DNA of 64,000 nucleotides from an uncultured Gammaproteobacteria bacterium (GTDB lineage Bacteria; Pseudomonadota; Gammaproteobacteria; Eutrophobiales; Eutrophobiaceae): NCBI GenBank assembly GCA_938084745.1, contig CALKEZ010000003.1, positions 52,388 to 116,387 of the forward strand, read 5' to 3'. Shown piece by piece: positions 60,911 to 64,000 of this stretch (position 1 is its first letter; each line of letters starts with the position of its first letter). The notes under the pieces were generated by a model. It saw only the letters and a program-made list of their open reading frames with translations, ran no database searches and was not told where the DNA came from. The position numbers and the translations under genes were made by a program.

Positions 60911-61147
60911 TTATTTATTTTGTTCTTTGTAGGTATCCATATTCTCGCCCTGATAATCAGTCATACTAGATGAAACCTTTGCATTTTCCGCTTTTCCACC
61001 TGTCAGTTCAGCAGTCACGTTACCAATCTGGTCTTTCATGCCATCACTGAAAAACGTAAAGGCACCAATACCAGCAATAGCGATCAAGGCCACGATGATA
61101 ATGTATTCTGTCATGCCCTGACCAATTTGTTTAATTGCACTCTTCAT
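60911..61147 (-). CDS. flp: Flp-family type IVb pilin
   Basis: The ORF opens at 61180. ATG 61147 has a GGAGGA SD. The 78-aa protein MKSAIKQIG/QGMTEYIIIVALIAIAGIG carries the Flp motif G/xxxxEY plus a hydrophobic helix. Confidence 0.85.
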   Translation of the reverse strand: MKSAIKQIGQGMTEYIIIVALIAIAGIGAFTFFSDGMKDQIGNVTAELTGGKAENAKVSSSMTDYQGENMDTYKEQNK

Positions 61148-61256
61148 CTCAATCCTCCAATAGATCATTCTATTTGTCATTTAATTGCGACTGATATTAT
61201 AGCCTATTCGTCTAAATCAATCATTTTAATTTTAAGTAAAACTTAGAATTTATTGG

Positions 61257-61285
61257 CTTGAAAAAAAAGTGTTAATCCCAATATT
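61257..61285 (+). promoter_or_regulatory. Sigma-32-type heat-shock promoter for htpG
   Basis: CTTGAAA (61257-61263), a 13-nt spacer, then CCCAATATT (61277-61285), compared with the consensus CTTGAAA-N13-14-CCCCATNT. It lies 44 nt upstream of the htpG ATG. Confidence 0.55.
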
Positions 61286-61328
61286 AATTCAGGTTGTAAA
61301 TTCATTATAAATTGGGGTTTAAATAGCT

Positions 61329-63263
61329 ATGTCTGTAGAAGCAAAACAGGAAACACTGGGGTTTCAAACCGAGGTCAAGCAGTTGCTGCACCTCATGATT
61401 CACTCTTTGTACAGTAATAAAGAGATATTTTTACGTGAATTGATATCCAACGCCTCCGACGCCGCGGATAAACTACGTTTTGAAGCACTTAAGAATGATG
61501 CCTTATATGAGAATGATTCTGATTTAAAGATAAAGGTCGAGTTTGATAAAGAATTAAAAACCATCACGGTAATCGATAACGGCGTCGGCATGTCCCGTGA
61601 TGAGGTCATCGAGCATCTCGGTACCATCGCCAAATCGGGCACCAAACAATTTTTCGAAGCACTGACTGGCGACCAATCCAAGGACTCTCAGCTTATTGGC
61701 CAATTTGGCGTTGGTTTTTATTCCTGTTTTATCGTGGCTAAAAAAGTAGAAGTCTTCACCCGCCGGGCCGGACTTGGTCAGGATGAGGGTATTCGTTGGG
61801 TTTCTGAAGGTGAAAATGACTACACCATAGAAACCATTAACCTGCCGAAACGCGGCACCAGGGTGGTATTACATCTGCGTGATGATATGGACGAATTTTT
61901 AAATGACTACCGCTTAAAAACGATTATTACCAAGTACTCCGATCATATTACGTTGCCCATCATGATGGATGCCGAGGTCAAGGATGAAGACAGCAAAGAT
62001 GAATCTACGGAAGATAAGGACACGCCGCCTAAAACCAAGATAGTTGAAGAAACAGTTAATAGTGCGACAGCACTTTGGGCGCGTAACAAGAAGGATATTA
62101 CCGAAGAAGAATACAACGAATTTTATAAACACGTCGGGCATGATTTTGAAGCACCGATGGCGCATATTCACAATCGCGTTGAGGGTAAGCTAGAATATAC
62201 CTCGCTATTGTATATCCCCAGCCGTGCACCTTTCGACCTTTGGGACAGACAACGACGTCATGGCGTAAAGCTCTATGTGAAACGTGTTTTTATTATGGAT
62301 GATGCGGAACAATTGATCCCTGCGTGGCTACGTTTCGTCCGTGGTGTCGTGGATTCGGATGATCTGCCTTTGAATGTGTCTCGTGAAATACTGCAAAACA
62401 ATAAAGTCATCGATTCGATTCGTTCCGGTTGTACCAAAAAGGTATTGGGGCTTTTGAAAACGATGGCCGAGAAAGAACCCGATAATTACCAAAAGTTCTG
62501 GAAGACGTTTGGTCGGGTAATCAAAGAAGGGGTTGTCGATGGTGACGATTATAAAGATGACCTAATTAATCTGTTCCGTTTTAGCAGCACGCATGAAGAT
62601 TCAGAAGAGCAGACGGTCTCGTTTAAAGATTACATCGAGCGTATGAAAGAAGGCCAAAAAGCAATCTATTATGTGTCTGCCGATAATTACGCGATGGCGA
62701 AAAACAGCCCACATCTGGAAGTTTTCCGAAAGAAAGGCATTGAAGTGCTGTTGATGTCTGATCCAGTGGATGAATGGGTAACAACGCATTGGGTCGAGGT
62801 TGAAGGTAAGCCAATACAGTCTGTAAACAAAGGCGAACTCGATCTGGGTGAAATACAGGGCGAAGATGAGAAGAAAGAAGAAGAGAAGAAAAACAAGGAT
62901 TATGACAAGCTCGCGAAACGCATTCAGGATGTCCTGGGCTTAAAGGTAAAGGAAGTGCGTCCAACATCACGTTTGACTACATCTCCTGCCTGTCTGGTCG
63001 CCGATGAAAATGACATGGGTCGACAAATGGAACAGATACTGAAGGCCTCTGGTCAGGAAATCCCGACTTCAAGACCCATCCTTGAAATAAATCCGGATCA
63101 TCCTATCGTTAAGAAAATAGATAATGAAACAAATGAAGAATTATTTGCTGATTGGTCTCATATTCTGTTCGATCAGGCATTGCTAAGTGAAGGTAGTCAG
63201 TTGGAAGATCCGGCCAGCTTTGTTAACAAACTTAATAGCTTGATAGTGACCTTGGCCAGTTAA
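61329..63263 (+). CDS. htpG: Molecular chaperone HtpG (Hsp90)
   Basis: 644 aa. It carries FQTEVKQLLHLMIHSLYSNKEIFLRELISNASDA and GQFGVGFYS. Confidence 0.97.
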   Translation: MSVEAKQETLGFQTEVKQLLHLMIHSLYSNKEIFLRELISNASDAADKLRFEALKNDALYENDSDLKIKVEFDKELKTITVIDNGVGMSRDEVIEHLGTIAKSGTKQFFEALTGDQSKDSQLIGQFGVGFYSCFIVAKKVEVFTRRAGLGQDEGIRWVSEGENDYTIETINLPKRGTRVVLHLRDDMDEFLNDYRLKTIITKYSDHITLPIMMDAEVKDEDSKDESTEDKDTPPKTKIVEETVNSATALWARNKKDITEEEYNEFYKHVGHDFEAPMAHIHNRVEGKLEYTSLLYIPSRAPFDLWDRQRRHGVKLYVKRVFIMDDAEQLIPAWLRFVRGVVDSDDLPLNVSREILQNNKVIDSIRSGCTKKVLGLLKTMAEKEPDNYQKFWKTFGRVIKEGVVDGDDYKDDLINLFRFSSTHEDSEEQTVSFKDYIERMKEGQKAIYYVSADNYAMAKNSPHLEVFRKKGIEVLLMSDPVDEWVTTHWVEVEGKPIQSVNKGELDLGEIQGEDEKKEEEKKNKDYDKLAKRIQDVLGLKVKEVRPTSRLTTSPACLVADENDMGRQMEQILKASGQEIPTSRPILEINPDHPIVKKIDNETNEELFADWSHILFDQALLSEGSQLEDPASFVNKLNSLIVTLAS

Positions 63264-63286
63264 GTTATAAACTCTCTGCAAAATCC

Positions 63287-63312
63287 AAATGGGGCCATCG
63301 TGCCCCATTTTT
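63287..63312 (+). terminator. Rho-independent terminator after htpG
   Basis: Stem aaatggggc / gccccattt with a 6-nt loop, followed by tt. Confidence 0.75.
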
Positions 63313-63369
63313 CATTTCACTCTCAGGCGCGCATACCCTAAAATGACATAAAGTCATACAAGGATCGCC

Positions 63370-64000
63370 ATGGAACATTCTCAGGAAAATATATCGAGTC
63401 TTCTTCGAGAGCTTAATAAAATTGGTATCGCGCTGTCGGCGGAGAAAGATCACAATCGCCTGCTGGAACTGATCCTTGTCAAAGCCATGGAAATCACTAA
63501 TGCGGATGGCGGCACACTGTATACACGTACTGACGATCAGCGATTAAAATTTGAAATTCTGCACAATCGTTCGCTAAAAATTCATAAAGGTGGCACCAGT
63601 GGCGAAGAGATCGTCTTTTATCCTATCGCGCTCTATGATGATGAAGGTAAGCCGAATAACCATATGGTCGCGGCCTGGGCTGCAATAACTGGCGAGACTA
63701 TCAATATACCCGATGCCTATGCCAGTGAAGAGTTTGATTTTTCGGGTACCCGGAGTTTTGATAGCAAAATGGGCTATCGTTCGATCTCATTCCTGACAGT
63801 ACCAATGACCAATCATGAAAATGAAATCATTGGGGTGTTGCAATTAATTAATGCGATTGAGGAAGATTCGAATAATGTCATTCCCTTTTCATTACTCGAC
63901 CAACAGCTGGTCGAATCACTTGCTTCACAAGCCGCAGTAACAATTACCAATAAAACCTTAATCGATGCACAACGAAACTTATTCGATTCATTTATACAGC
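63370..64000 (+). CDS. GAF-domain signalling protein, N-terminal part (probably an HD-GYP/HD phosphohydrolase; 3'-truncated by the window edge)
   Basis: ATG 63370 has an AAGGA SD. The frame stays open to the window end. The GAF-like sequence (ITNADGGTLY...SISFLTVPMTNHENEIIGVLQLINA) is typical of GAF-HD-GYP proteins. The output domain is not visible. Confidence 0.6.
   Translation, partial: MEHSQENISSLLRELNKIGIALSAEKDHNRLLELILVKAMEITNADGGTLYTRTDDQRLKFEILHNRSLKIHKGGTSGEEIVFYPIALYDDEGKPNNHMVAAWAAITGETINIPDAYASEEFDFSGTRSFDSKMGYRSISFLTVPMTNHENEIIGVLQLINAIEEDSNNVIPFSLLDQQLVESLASQAAVTITNKTLIDAQRNLFDSFIQ

Overview
This is a 64 kb chromosomal segment from a gammaproteobacterium. That assignment rests on gene content and synteny, namely fimV-truA-trpF-trpBA-accD-folC-dedD-cvpA-purF, sucAB-lpd/gltA/mdh and fdxA...mutS. 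I cannot assign a species by eye.

About two thirds of the window is ordinary housekeeping:
- tryptophan, purine and folate biosynthesis
- TCA-cycle genes
- a phaP-phaR-phaA polyhydroxyalkanoate cluster
- rppH, dps, mpl, nth, mutS and htpG

Four regions deserve a second look:
1. 32.2-37.5 kb: an operon joining a complete partner-switching module (GAF-PP2C phosphatase, RsbW-like kinase, phosphorylatable STAS protein) to an MlaE/MlaF/MCE/PqiC-like transporter. No sigma factor is present.
2. 37.5-40.4 kb: an adjacent, oppositely oriented Ser/Thr kinase-PP2C-FHA operon.
3. 47.5-61.1 kb: a 13.7 kb Tad/Flp pilus island between mutS and htpG with a non-canonical inventory.
   - No TadZ/CpaE and no prepilin peptidase are encoded.
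   - The CpaF ATPase carries a degenerate FHA-like N-terminus.
   - CpaB is doubled in length by about 6.5 tandem 40-aa repeats.
   - A small secreted protein copies the CpaB C-terminal motif.
   - A DUF192 gene and an unknown periplasmic protein are embedded in the operon.
4. 29.4-31.1 kb: a decayed patch with glycosyltransferase remnants, an orphan ORF, and a lone divergent RnfE-like gene upstream of nth.

I recognised no rRNA, tRNA, CRISPR array, transposase or integrase. All functional calls come from motif and family recognition in the translated ORFs plus synteny. No database search was possible.
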